Source: Chiloscyllium plagiosum (lineage: Eukaryota). Taken from it: a stretch of 64,000 nucleotides of DNA. Location: contig NC_057719.1 of assembly GCF_004010195.1 (NCBI RefSeq), forward strand, positions 4,495,464-4,559,463, written 5' to 3'. Below, piece by piece: positions 49,200 through 62,444 of the stretch; position 1 is the first letter of the stretch, and every line of letters starts with the position of its first letter. Position numbers and translations under genes: made by a program. The notes under the pieces are model-generated. The model did not search any database and was not told the DNA's origin. It was given only the letters and a program-made list of their open reading frames with translations.

Positions 49200-50900
49200 A
49201 GTGAGAAAGGAAATAGGAGAGACAAAAATGAGAAATGGCTGATAGTTACCATAAAGTATAAACTCATATAACTAACCCAAAATGGTTCTCCAGGAAATTA
49301 ATAGTCAAGGAGTAGTAACAGGAGGGGTGGATATGATTGAGTATTTACACATAGATTCAAAGAACATAGCTGATCTATGAAATGATCAATGGTAATGAAG
49401 AAAATCTTGCCAAAGGTACAGAGGAAAATAAAGTGAGATACTGAAAGAGGGTAATTAATAGAATGTCTGACTATACTTATAAGTTGAATAACCATCTAGA
49501 TTAGATCAGGTGCATCTGAGGATACTGAGCAAAGTAAGGATGGAAATTATGGACATTATGGCCATAAATACAAAGGCAGTGACTTAGAACAAGAAAACTT
49601 CTCTGGGAAGCTAGGGAGGAGATAGCAAAGCCGTTGGCATTATCTGCAGGTTTAGTACCTGAGGACTGGAGGATTGCAAATGTTGTGCCATTGTTCAAGA
49701 AGGGCAGTAGAGATGACCCAGGTAATTATAGACCAGTGAGCCTTACGTCTGTTGTAGGAAAGGTTTTGGAAAGAATTATAAGAGATAAGATTTATAATCA
49801 TCTAGTAAGCAACAATTTGATTTCAGATCGTCAACATGGTTTCATCAAGGGCAGGTCATGTTTCACAAACCTCATTGAGTTTTTTGAGAAGGTGGCCAAG
49901 CATGTAGAGTGGACAGTTTGGAAGAATGTTACAGGTTGCAGGGGGACTTGGATAAACTGCAGAATTGGGCTGAGAGGTGGCAAATGGAGTTCAATGCAGC
50001 TAAATGTGAGGTGATGCACTTTGGGAAGAATAACAGGAAGGCAGAGTACAGGGTCAATGGAAAGATTCTTGGTAGTGTGGATGTGCAGAGGGATCTTGGA
50101 GTCCATGTGCATAGATCCCTGAAAGTTGCCACCCAGGTGGATAATGCTGTGAAGAAGGCATACGGTGTGTTAGGTTTCATTAGATTTAAGACAGATATCA
50201 GAGGAACGTTCTTTACACAGAGAGTGGTAAGGGCATGGAACATCGAGGGCTGAAGCGCCTGTTCTGCGCTGTATTGTTCTATGTTCTAAAATTGCAATGA
50301 TAAACCTGATTAAAAAAAAAATGTTTGGATAAACCCAACAAGTACAGACCAGTAATTAGAATTTCAGTGAAATGACAGTCTGGGACAAAATTAGCAGTTG
50401 CTAGGACAAGTTTGGATTAATTAATGATTGTCAACTTGGACTTATTAAGGAAAAATCATGTTAAACTAATTTCTTGGAGTTTCATGATCAGGTATCAGAG
50501 AGGGTCGATGACAGTAACATTTTTGATGTGTATATGTACTCCCAAATAACATGTAATAAAGTGCCACATTGTCGGTTTGTCAGCAAAGTTAAAGCTGATA
50601 CATTAACAGAAAAAGTGGTGGCATCAATGCAAAACCAGATGAGCAACAGGAAACAGAGTAGTAGCTGGTTTTCAGATAGAGGAATGTTTATAGCAGGATT
50701 TTTGAGGGGTTAGTATTAGGACCACTGCTTGTCTTGATTCATACAAGGCTTGGTCTGGTTGTACAGGGTGCAATTTCAAAGCTTGCAAGTGCCAAAAACT
50801 TGGAAGTATCATGTATTTTGAAAAGGTTAGTTTAGTCAAAACATGAACTAAAAGCTATTTAGAGTGAAGCTGTACAGCAAAGTCCTGATCTGAACTATGT
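49200..50900 (+). mobile_element. Old CR1 with a nested younger, multiply deleted CR1 (about 49598-50287)
   Basis: The inner copy is colinear with 580-2308 (PEDWRIANVVPLFKKG..QHGF); the outer copy is highly decayed. Confidence 0.85.
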
Positions 50901-52609
50901 CGAAAGGAAAGGTATGAAGAAGTGTTAGAACATAGAGCAGTACAGCACAGTACAGGCCCTTTGGCCCACGATGTTGTGCCGAGCATTTATCTTAATCTAA
51001 TTGTCACTGACTACTACTTCAGAAGCTGACACAAACACGATAGGCCAAATACTATACAGCGATCCTATGATTCACTGACTGAGTTTCTTTCTTGCTTCCT
51101 TCCCATGTTTCAGGACCAATAGAAGAAGCCATTTAACAGAAACCGATATAGTATCTAGACAAAAATCAAAACAGACAGTTATGTATAAGGTAGCAAATTG
51201 ATGAACTGCTACAGAAACATTATGCAGTCATGTGTAGCAAGTTACTCTGTGGTCAAACTGACGTGGTATCCTGTTCCTAACTCAATTTATTCGCATGACA
51301 TAGAGGCTGGAGCATGTTACCTGCAGAATATCAGACAGAGTCTTAAACATAGGTCATTAGTCTGTGGAATTCTCTTCCACAGAGATCAGTGGAAGTTTGG
51401 TCACTGAATACATCCAAGACTAAGTTGGACAAATTTTCAATCAACATGTGAGTTCAGACTTTTGGGGAAGGGGTATTAGGTGGACGGAGACTGGAAACTG
51501 GAGTTGAGGCCACAATCAGATTAGACAGGATCCTATTAAATGGTGGAGCAGACACAAGGGGCTGAATAGCCTTCTCATGCTTCTAATTCCTGTGTTCTTA
51601 TAAACCAAAGCATTACAGAAAAGATGAATTTTAGACACAGAGTGGCAAATATGTTGGAGTATGTGACATATTTGTTACATGATATACCTGATGTGTTTGT
51701 TAAAGGGCTGAAATAAATGCTTCAAAGCAGAAGACCTTTACACATTCCAGATCAATTCCAAATATGTTATCGTTATGGAATATGTTCCAGAATAGGTTAT
51801 TCTGTACTTTTTCACAATCTCAGGAGTTACATATGAATATATCAGTTCACAGTAGTAGGAGACCATTAGAGAGAAATGAGAGAAGTCTGAGTAGGTCACT
51901 ATGGTGAAGAGAGTTAAGAGAGGTGTTCAAAATTATGAGGAATTTTGGTAAATCTGATGTTGCTAATTTAGAAGGCTCAGTAGCCAGAGGGCACACATTT
52001 AATACACAAGCAGTCTTAATAGGAGCAGAAGTATACTGCCATTCAATAAGATTTGGGCTGATCTGAATGTGGTCTCAATTCCACTATGTGCCTATCCCCA
52101 ATACCCTTTAACTCCCTTGTTAGTCAAGGATCTCTGCCTTAAAAAAAAATCAGTATGCAATAAGTTATTTGGCACACGAGCCAGAAGGGGGATAAGAATT
52201 TTTTTAATGCAGTGAGTTTTCATTATCTGAAACGTACTGCCTAGAAGGGTGGTGGAAGTAAATTCAATAGTAACTTTGAGTTGGAAATTCAATGTATATA
52301 CTCTTGATCTGAAAAATGATATTAAGTGTTTTGGGGAAGCGAAGCAAAGTATTTGATTCAATAGTTTTCTCAAAGAGGTTGCATAGGCACTATGGGTCAA
52401 ATGGCCTTCTTCTATTTTGCATGACTCTAAGGTGATTTATAAATAGAACACAGACATCGAGGAGTCAGTTACAGCTAGCATTTCATTAAGGAGATTGGAT
52501 GACTTTAGATATAGAATAAACAGCAGCTCAAGGAGTCAGTTACAGGCTGGAATCTAATAATCAGATTTGTTTAGTTTATAAGTAGAATAATGGATGTATA
52601 GCAGTCACG

Positions 52610-54830
52610 GCTAGTTCATAGTTCCTTGAAAGTGAAGTCACATGTAGGTAGAATAGTTAAGAAAGCATTTGGTATGCTTTCCCTTATTGGTCAGTGCATT
52701 GAGTGCATTAGGTCACTGTGTGGCTGTACAGGACTCTGCTTAGGCACTATTAGAGTACTGTGTGCAATTCCGGTCTCCCTGCTATAGGAAGGATGTTGTG
52801 AAACTTGAAACTTCAGAAAAAATTTACAAGGATGTTGCCAGGGTTGGAGGTTTTGAGCTATAGAGAGGCTGAATAGGGTGGGGCTATTGTCTCTGGAGTA
52901 TCAGAGGCTAAGCTGTGACCTTATAGAGTTTTATAAAATCATGAGGGGCATAGATAGGGTGAATAGACAAGGTCTTTTCCCTGGGAGGAGGGAGTCTAAA
53001 ACTAGAGATCACAGGTTTTAAGGTAAGAGGGAATAGATTTAAAAGGGACCTAGAGGGCAACTTTTTTCACGCAGAGGGTGATGCGTGTCTGGAATCTGCT
53101 GCCAGAGGAAGTGATGGCAGCTGGTACAATTACAACATTTAAAAGGCATCTAGATTCTTTTTATGAATAGGCAGGGTTTAGAGGGATATGGGCTAAATGC
53201 TGGCAAATGGGACCAGACTAATTTATGATATCTGGTCAGTACGGACAAGTTGGACAGAAGGGTCAGTTTCTGTGTTGTATATTTCTATGACTCTGACTTA
53301 TGATTATAACCTAGTTGAGGAATTTAGCTTTTAAAGTGTAGCTGCATTCTGGATAGGGAGATAAGGAGAGTGGGTGCAAATTTAAACTAAGGTAGACACC
53401 GCGTTTACTCCTGAGGTCCCAGCATTACAGATACCAGTCCACAGCCAAATGGATTTACTCAACATGAAATAATTGAAGGCACTGGATTCTGGGAAGGCTA
53501 TGGACCCTGACAATAAATTAACAATAGTACTGCAGACTTGTGCTCCAGAATGAACCCCTAGCCAAGTTGTTTCAGTGCAGCAACAATACTGCCATCTTTA
53601 CAGCACTGTGGAAAATTGTCCAGGCATGATCTGTACACAACATGCAAAACAAATCCTTGTGTATAATGGTAAAAGATGTGAGCAGGTTGTTACTCAATAA
53701 GCAGGAATTGGGGCGCCTAATTTGGGGACTGACGTTATCGGAGAAATCCACAACAGAAATGTGGAGGTTGTTTAGGGAGCACTTGCTGATAGTATTGGGA
53801 CAGGTTTATCCCACTGAGGCAAGGAATGGATGGTGGGTTGAAAGAACCTTGGGTAACCAGGGATGTGGAAAATCTAGTCAAGAGGAAGAAGGAAGCTTAT
53901 TTAAGGTTGAGGAGGCAAGAATCAGACAGGGCTTTAGAGGGTTACAAGGTCGCCAGGACAGAACTGAAGAATGGACTGAGGAGAGCGAGAAGGGGGCAGG
54001 AAAAAGCTTTAGTGAATAGGAATAAGGAAAACCTGCAGGCGTTCGTCATTTAATGTGAGGAACAAGAGGATGGCCAGAGTGAGGGTAGAGCTGGTCAGGG
54101 ATTGTGGAGGGAATTTGCACCTAGAGTTGGAGGAGGTAGGGGAGGTCCTTAATGAGTACTTTGCTTCAATATTCACTATTGAGAGGGATCTTGATGTTTC
54201 TGAAACAGACTAATATGCTAGAACAGGTTGATGTTAGGAAGGAGGGTGTGTTGAAAAGTTTCAACAACATAAGGATAGATAAATCCCTTAGGCCAGTCGG
54301 GATATTAAGTGAGGGAAGAGCCATTGACAATGATCTCTGCATCCTCACTGTCCACTGGAGTAGTTCCAGATGATTGGGGGGTGGCAAATATTATTCCCTT
54401 GTTCAAGAAAGGGAATAGGGATAATCCTGAGAACTACAGACCAGTCAGTCTTACATCTGTGGTGAGCAAAGTATTGGAGAGAATTCTGAGAGACAGGATT
54501 CATGATTACTTGGAAAACCATAATTTGATTAGAGATAGTTCTCATGGCTTTCTGAGGGACAGGTCCTGCCTCACAAACCTTATTGAATTCTTTGAGGATG
54601 TGATAAACCACATTGATGAAGGTAGCTCAGTGGATGTGGTGTACATGGATTTTAGCAAAGCATTTGATAATGTTGCCCATGGTAGGCTCATTCAGAAACT
54701 AAGGAGGCATGTGTTACAGGAAAACTGACTGTCTGGATACAGAATTGACTGGCCCATAGAAGGCAGAGGGTGGTAGTAGATGGCAAGTATTCAGTGTGGA
54801 GCTTGGTGACCATGGTTTTCCGCAGGGATT
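52610..54830 (+). mobile_element. CR1 fragments (3' end about 52610-53297; ORF2 middle about 53700-54830)
   Basis: EPWVTRDV, VPDDWGVANIIPLFKKG, NYRPVSLTSV and YMDFSKAFD. Confidence 0.88.
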
Positions 54831-54832
54831 GT

Positions 54833-55297
54833 CACTACATAGGACAAACAGGAAGACAGCTAACGATCCGTATCCATGAACACCAACTAGCCACGAAATG
54901 ACATGACCAGCTATCCTTAGTAGCCATACACGCAGATGACAAGCAACATGAGTTCGACTGGGACAACACTACTATTATAGGACAAGCCAAACAGAGAACA
55001 GCCAGGGAATTCCTAGAGGCATGGCACTCATCCACAGATTCTATCAACAAAAACACATCGACCTGGACCCAATATACCGGCCACTACAGCGGACAGCTGG
55101 AACTGACAACCGGAAGCGGCAGAGATAAACCACTATAAATGCTGGAGGAAACACCACAGAAGTGCTTCACAGGAAGCTCCCAAGCACTGAGGATGTCACC
55201 TAGACAGGGGACAAAATGTCTGCAACACAAATTCCCAGCTCGGTGAACAGAACCATAACAACGAGCACCCAAGCTACAAATCTTCTCACAAACTTTG
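54833..55297 (+). mobile_element. Penelope-like element 3' end (GIY-YIG and pLTR)
   Basis: HYIGQTGRQLTIRIHEHQLATK..FDWDNTTIIGQAKQRTAREFLEAWHS; decayed hammerhead GCA-CTGAGGA-TGTCACCT-agac-AGGGGAC-aaaatGTC-TGC from 55184. Confidence 0.88.
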
Positions 55298-55652
55298 AAA
55301 GATAAAGAAGAGAGCACTACAGTTATATCTATATGTATTCTGAAAAAAAGACTTTCGTTTAGAGGCTGTTGTTCGGCATGTTTGCAGCTAACAGTTGATA
55401 TGTCAGCCAGCAGCTAATCAGTGCATTCCCTTCATTGACCTCGACAGCTTCTGCGTATAATAAATCTCAATAGGAAACCATATAGAAGAAGTGCAGGAAC
55501 AAAGGGTTCTGGATGTCTTTGTAGATACATTTGTGAAGGTGGATGGAGAAGTTGAGAGTGTTTTTGAAAATAAAATGTTGGACCCTTCAATTCATAAACA
55601 TAGGCATAGAATACAAAAACAGGAAAACAACCCCTAACCTGACATATGACTG

Positions 55653-55776
55653 AAGAAGTGCTCATGCCCGAAACGTCGATTCTCCTACTCCTTTGATGCT
55701 GCCTGACTTGCTGCGCTTTTCCAGCAACATATTTTTCAGCTCTGATCTCTAGCATCTGCAGTCCTCACTTTCTCCT
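55653..55776 (+). mobile_element. Short Penelope-derived insert starting at the hammerhead core
   Basis: 9-bp TSD atatgactg (55644-55652, 55777-55785); CTGAAGA..GCCC-GAAACGTC. Confidence 0.8.
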
Positions 55777-56079
55777 ATATGACTGTTCTAGCCTAACTAC
55801 AGCAATATCTCCAATTCTGGGCACTGTTTTCAGGGAAGTTGTCAAGCCTTTTGGGAAAGTGCTGAGGACAGTGCTCAGGAATGGATCAGGGACAAGGGAG
55901 TTCAAGTATGTGGAGAATCTACGCTTATTCTCCCTTGAACACAGAGATGTTTATACTCAAAGCGTTTTTAAGACTAAACAGCAACAAAATGATAGAAGGG
56001 GCAAGAATCAGAAGGCACAGTTTTAAGGCAATTGACAAAAAGCAAGGTATCAACACCATTTTATATACAAGTTGTTGTG

Positions 56080-56550
56080 ATCATAGAATCCCTGCAGCGT
56101 GGAAGCAGGCCATTCAGCCTATTGAGTCCACACTGACCCTCTAAAGAGCATCTTACCCAGACACATCCCCTACCCTAACCATGTAACTTGCATCCCCCTC
56201 AACTAATCCTCCTCACCTGCATATCCCTGGACACGAAGGGCAATTTAGCATTCCTGAAGAAGGTCTTATGCCCGAAACGTCGATTCTCCTGCTCCTTGGA
56301 TGCTGCCTGACCTGCTGCGCTTTTCCAGCAACACATTTTTCAGTTCTGATCTCCAGCATCTGCAGTCCTCACTTTCTCCCAATTTAGCATGGCCAATCCA
56401 CCTAACATGCATATCTTTTGATACACAGAGGAAACCCATGCAGGTACAGGGAGAATGTGCAAACTCCACACAGATAATCACTCAAGAGTAGAACTGAACC
56501 CGGGCCCTAGTGCTGTGAGGGTGCAGTGCTAACCACTGAGCCATCGTGCC
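56080..56550 (-). mobile_element. HE1-type SINE interrupted by a Penelope-derived insert (56252-56379)
   Basis: 11-bp TSD caatttagcat (56241-56251, 56380-56390); the insert begins tcCTGAAGAaggtcttatgcccGAAACGTC. Confidence 0.85.
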
Positions 56551-56619
56551 ACTACAAAGCATGGTTGAGTATGTACTTCTGGAAATACAATGAAAGTAGG
56601 TTCAATATCGATGACAAAA

Positions 56620-57165
56620 TATCGAGTCATAGAGCCATACAACATGGAAACAAACCCTTCAATCCAACTCATCCATGCCGACCAGATATCCTATATTAAT
56701 TTAGTCCCATTTGCCAGCATTTGGCTCACATCCCTCAAAACCCTTCCTATTCATACAACCATACAAATATCTTTTAAATGTTGTAATTTTACCAGGCTCC
56801 ACCATTTCCTCTGGCAGTTCACTCTATACAGACATCACCCTCTACATGAAAAAGTTGCATCTTAGATCCCTTTTATATTTTTACCCTCTCCTTAACCAAT
56901 GCTTTCTAATTTTAGACTCCCCTCCCCAAGGAAAAGACCTTGACTATTTACCCTATCTATGCCCCTAATGATTTTATAAACTTCTATAAGGTCACCACTC
57001 AGCCTCTGATGCTGCAGAGAAAATAGTCCCATTTTATTCAGCCTCTCAGTTTGGCTCAAATCCTCCAACCCTGGCAACATCCTTGTAAATCTTTTCTGAA
57101 CCCTTTCAAGTTTCACAACATCTTTCCTATAGCAAGGCAATCAGAATTGAATGCTATATTCCAAA
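56620..57165 (-). mobile_element. CR1 3' fragment
   Basis: PCYRKDVVKLERVQKRFTRMLPGL..GDLIEVYKII. Confidence 0.88.
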
Positions 57166-58294
57166 AGGTAGTATTGCCTTTTGAATGGCAATGGGGAACA
57201 ACAGGGAAATAGGAGGAATTGCACAGGACAAATGGCCGAATAGGATAAGTTCCACTGGATTACTGCTCAGTAGATGAAAATGTAAAATCTACTTCAAATT
57301 TCTTGAACCTTTGGTTTCTAAATGATATTGGAAATCAGATATTTACTGAAGGAATTAAAATGACATCTCAAACACATTCAGATAAAGAACTGTCAGAGAA
57401 ATTTGCCTTGGCAAGTTAGTTGCTAGCTAGGTCTTATTGGGAGATTACTTACAAGGCCAATTTTCATTAAAATGTGCATGTTGCGCTAATCATAAAAAAA
57501 TGCTGAAATAAGATGTAGTGATGGTAGGAAGTAAGATTTTGTTAACAAGTTGGTATGGACATAAGCAACAAAAATGTATATAGTTTTTCATAGCTGGGTG
57601 GTAATATGGCTGAGCAGGTCACCTGCTCTTGTGAAACCCATACAATATTTATCACATCAAATCAATGGAATGTAGCCTGGATGGGTTTTACAACAGGCAT
57701 GCAGAGTACATCCTCACCTGGAGTGTATTTAGTAAGCTCAACCTGGCTTTTGTTAGATTACAGATAGATGTTACACATCATGAATGTGTGGAAGAAATTT
57801 CTTTAGATTCAAGGTTATTGTTGATTGTACTGGCTGTGACTCATCCTTTTGAACAAAACCACTGAGGACAGAGAGCCTATGAATCACAGCCATTACAATC
57901 AACAATAACTTTTACTGCTGTGATGAAGTTTTACAATATTTGTTGTTTATAAATTTGGATTCTGAAGTCGAGGCTTTTAGTTCTGTGGAGGTGACATTTT
58001 TTATATCTCAGAAACTCACTTATTTTAGCAAAGTCAAAATAGCATTTCCAAGAAATCATTAACTTGAACTAAACGACAAGATATGCTACCTAGATAATTG
58101 ATTAAGTGTTTACTGTGTTGAACTTTTACTCCCCAGAAAAGGAGAGTGAAAGACCAGCGCAGGTTCAGTTTAGAAGAAACGTTCCATACCATCAAGTTTG
58201 CTGTTTAGCAACTGAAAATTAGTCAAAGTAACTGGAAAAAGCACAACTGTTCTTTGCCTCAGAGGTCAGTGAGGTCCATCAGTGAGGTAGATTA

Positions 58295-58428
58295 TAGCCC
58301 CTAATTAAGGACTTTTGTCCAAAAGGTCGATTTTCCTGCTTCTCGGATGCTGCCTGACCTGCTGTGTTTTTCCAGCACCACTCTAATCTAGACTCTGATC
58401 TCCAGCATCTGCAGTTCTCATTTTCGCC
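58295..58428 (+). mobile_element. Short Penelope-derived insert (decayed)
   Basis: Same family as 1194-1430; flanked by repeated tcagtgaggt. Confidence 0.7.
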
Positions 58429-59549
58429 GTCAGTGAGGTGGACTGTCCTTGTGTGTGTTGGGGAGAGATGGAGAGAATTTCATATTTTAATGCAGAAAGT
58501 TGCTGAGAGAAAATGCTTGTGATGACATCAGTTGAGTATGAAATTAAAGAGTGAAGATAGGAGGAATACATTATTGAGAATAATTGTCTATAAAGAATTG
58601 CTGGGAAAAATCTTTTTTTTAATGCGAAAATTTTCCAAATTGTCAGACATATGTAGCTTTGGTATATTTTCCTTTGAGTAATAGACTCTGATGTTCTTTC
58701 ATTAAAAATACACTGGCAGTCTCTTGTGAACATGTTTAGTGACCGACCACCATGGTAACCAAGTTGTAGAAATAAAAAAAATCAATCCAGGTCTCACTCT
58801 GCAACCTCAAATGTTCCAGTATTACCATCAGCTAGGATCATAGCATTAGCCATTATCTAGTAATCACATAACTCAGGCATGATAACATTGTTACTTGGAT
58901 TGGATGTTATACTATTTGTAATTCATTCTTTCGTGGATTGTCATGAATTTAAAGGAGGTGGGATATTTGCTTGCAGCCCTTGTTCTGCACAGGATTCCAG
59001 GCCCCAGCACTGCAGTTCACTCTTAACTACCCTCTGCAAGAAGGGTAGTTTATACTGGAGTTTCTGCAACAAGCAACAAATCCTGGCCTCATCAATGACA
59101 CTCTCATCACTTGAAAAATAAAGACAACAAAAAAAAATACATTAACCAACAGAATACAATTTTTGGAGAAATTAATTCAATTCTCTCACTTCTCATACTC
59201 TGTTTTACAATATATAATTTTACTAAATCATTAGGAAGAATTCTTTCAAAGCTAGCTGATGCTAGGTGAACTGGTCCTTCACTTCTTTAGTTGAATGTCA
59301 TACACTTTTGTGCCTCATCCCAGGGTTTCGCTTCCTGTCTGACAAGTGAAAGAGATTCATTTCTGAGTTTGCCTGTCTCAAACTCTCTCTCCAAATCAAA
59401 AAAGAGACAAAAAGAACAGTGATTGTCCTTTGAATCCTATGTGGTTTGACTTTCCAAGGAAAGTGACTACCTCAAGCTAAAGACCAATCTCTTGGATAGA
59501 AGTTGACACATTTGTTTGCCTTGTTCAGCCAAGCCCCTTGTAGAACATT

Positions 59550-62370
59550 TTCCCAGTGCTACAAGCAAGTGAGGGTAGGAATAGGAAGATAAAGCAGATG
59601 AATACGTGACTGAGGAACTGGTGCATGGGAGAAGAGTTCACATTTTTAAATCATTGCGAATCTCTTCTGGGGAAGAAGTGACCTGTAAAAGAAGGATGGA
59701 TTGCACCTGAATAGGAAGGGGACTAATATACTGGCAGGAAGATTTGCTCCTGCTGCTCAGGAGGATCTAAACTAGTAAGGTGGGAGGGTGGGACCTAGGG
59801 AGATAGTAAGGAAAGAGATCAATCTGAGATTGGTACAGTTGGGAAAGTGAGTAAGTCGAACAATCAGGGCAGGCAGGAACAAAGCAGAGAACAAGGTCAG
59901 ACTGATGAATTAAACTGCATTTACTTCAAATCAAGAAGTCTAACAGAGAAGGCAGATGAACCCAGGGCATGGTTAGGAATATGGGTCTGGGACTACGTAG
60001 CAATTACAGAAACATGGCTCAGAGATGGGCAGGACTGGCAGCTTAATGCTCCAGGATACAAATGTTATAGGAAGGATAGAAAAGGGGGCATGAGAGGAGG
60101 GGGTGTGGCATTTTTGATAAGGGATAGCATTACAGATGTACTTAGGGAGGATATTCCTGGGAATACATCCAGGCAAGTTATTTGGGTGTAACTGAGAAAT
60201 AAAAAAGGGACAATCACCTTATTGGGATTGTATTATAGAACCCCTAATAGTCAGTGGGAAATTGAGAAGCAAATTTGTAAGGAGGTCTCAGTTGTCTGTA
60301 AGAATAATAGGGTAGTTATGGTAGGGGATTTTTAACTTTCCAAACATAGACTGGGACTGCCATAGTGTTAAGGGTTTAGATGGAGAGGAATTTGTTAAGT
60401 GTGTACAAGAAACCTTTCTGATTCAATATGTGGATGCACCTACAAGACAAGGTGCAAAGCTTGACCTACTCTTGGGAAATAAGGCCGGACAGGTGATTGA
60501 GGTGTCAGTGAGAGTGCACTTTGGGGCCAGCGACCATAATTCTATTAGATTTAAAACAGTAATGGAAAAGGATAGACCAGATCTAAAAGTTAAAGTTCTA
60601 AATTGAAGAAAGGCTCATTTTGATGGTGCTAGGCAAAAACTTTCAAAAGCTGATTGGGGCAGATGTTCGCAGGTAAAGGGACAGCTGGAAAATGGGAAGA
60701 CTTCAAAAATGAAATAACTAGAGTTCAGAGACAGTTTATTTCTGTTAGGGTGAAAAGAAAGGCTGGTAGGTTTAGGGAATGCTGGATGACTAGAGAAGTT
60801 GAGGTTTTGGTCAAGAAAAATAAGGAAGCATATGTCAGGTAAAGACAGGAGAGATCAAGTGAATCCTCAGAAGAGTATAAAGCTGTAGGAGTATACTTAA
60901 GAGGGAAGTCAGGAGCGCAAAAAGGGGACATGAGATAGCTTTGGCCAATGGGGTTCAGGATGATTCAAAGGGTTTTTTATAAATACGTTAACGACAAAAG
61001 GGTAACGCGGGAGAGAATAGAGTCCCTCAAAGATCAGCGAGGCAGCCTATGTGTGGAGCCACAGGAGATGGGGGAGATACTGTTTTACTGTGGAGAAAGA
61101 CATGGATGATATAGAATGTGGGGAAATAGATGGTGACATCTTGAAAAATGTCCATATTACAGAGGAGGATGTGCTGGATGTCTTGAAATGCATAAAAGTG
61201 GATAAATCCCCAGGACCTGATCAGGTGCATCCTAGACCTCTGTGGAAATCTAGGGAAGTGATTGCTGGGCCCCTTCCTGAGATATTTGCATCATCGAGGT
61301 GAGGTGCTGGCAGGCTGGTGGTTGGCTAACGTGATGCCACTATTTAAGAAAGGTGGTAAGGAAAAGCCAGGGGACTATAGACCGGTGAGCCTGATGTCGG
61401 TGGTGGGCAAGTTGTTGGAGGGAATCCTGAGGGACAGGATTTACATGTATTTGGAAAGGCAAGGACTATTAGCGATAGTCAACATGCCTTTGCATGTGTA
61501 AAATCATGTATCATGAACTTGATTGACTTTTTTGAAGAATTTGGTAAAAACAATAACTGCAGATGCTGGAAACCAGATCCTGGATTAGAGTGGTGCTGGA
61601 AAAGCACAGCAGTTCAGGCAGCATCCGAGGAACAGGAAGATTGACATTTCAGGCAAAAGCCCTTCATCAGAAATAGAGGAATTAACAGAGAGGATTGATG
61701 AGGGCAGAGTGGTGGATGTGATCTATATGGACTTCACTAAGGTATTCGGCAAGGTTCCTCGTTGGAGACTGAATGCAAGGTTAAATCTCATGGAATACAG
61801 GGAGAACTAGCCATTTGGATACAGAACCGGCTTGAAGGTAGTAGACAGATGGTGGTGGTGGAGGATTGCTTTTAAGACTGGAGACCTGTGACCAGTAGAG
61901 TGCCACAAGGATCAGTGCTGGGTCCACTGCTTTTTGCCATTTATGTAAATGATTTGGATTGAATATCGGAGGTATAGTTAGTAAGTTGCAGATGACACCA
62001 AAATTGGAGGTGTAGTGGACAGCAAAGAAGGTTACCTATGATGACAATGGGATCTTGATCAAATGGGCTGAGGAGTGGCAGATGGAGTTTAATTTACATA
62101 AATGTGAGGTGCTGCATTTTAGAAAAGCAAATCTTAGCAGGATTTATACACTTAATGGTAAGGTCTCAGGGAATGTTGCTGAACAAAGAGACCTTGGAGT
62201 GCAGGTTCATAGTTCCTTGAAAGTAGAGTCTCAGGTAGATACAATAGTGAAGAAGGCGTTTGGTATACTTTCCTTTATTGGTCACAGTATTGAGTATGGG
62301 AATAGGAAGGGTTTAGAAGGATATGGGCCATATCTGAAGTGTCTGTTTCTATGCTGTACGTCTCAATGAC
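59550..62370 (+). mobile_element. CR1 LINE (ORF1 end, APE, RT, 3' end), decayed; Penelope-derived insert at about 61542-61675
   Basis: DGLHLNRKGTNILAGRF, VAITETW, YYRTPNS, KSPGPD, PLFKKG and WQMEFN motifs. Confidence 0.92.
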
Positions 62371-62382
62371 TGACTGAAAACC

Positions 62383-62442
62383 TGAAATAACTCCACAGAG
62401 GCCGATATCCGATCATCGGATCACCCTTTAATTACATATGCA
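62383..62442 (-). mobile_element. Gypsy LTR fragment
   Basis: Similar to the LTR end at 31383-31440 (tgaaataa.tccacagaggc...cccttta.tta.at). Confidence 0.5.
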
Positions 62443-62444
62443 AA

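Noticed and set aside
57340..57815. Short open exon-like segments (57340-57411 with a GC donor; about 57764-57813)
   Set aside because: Weak splice signals and no recognisable homology.
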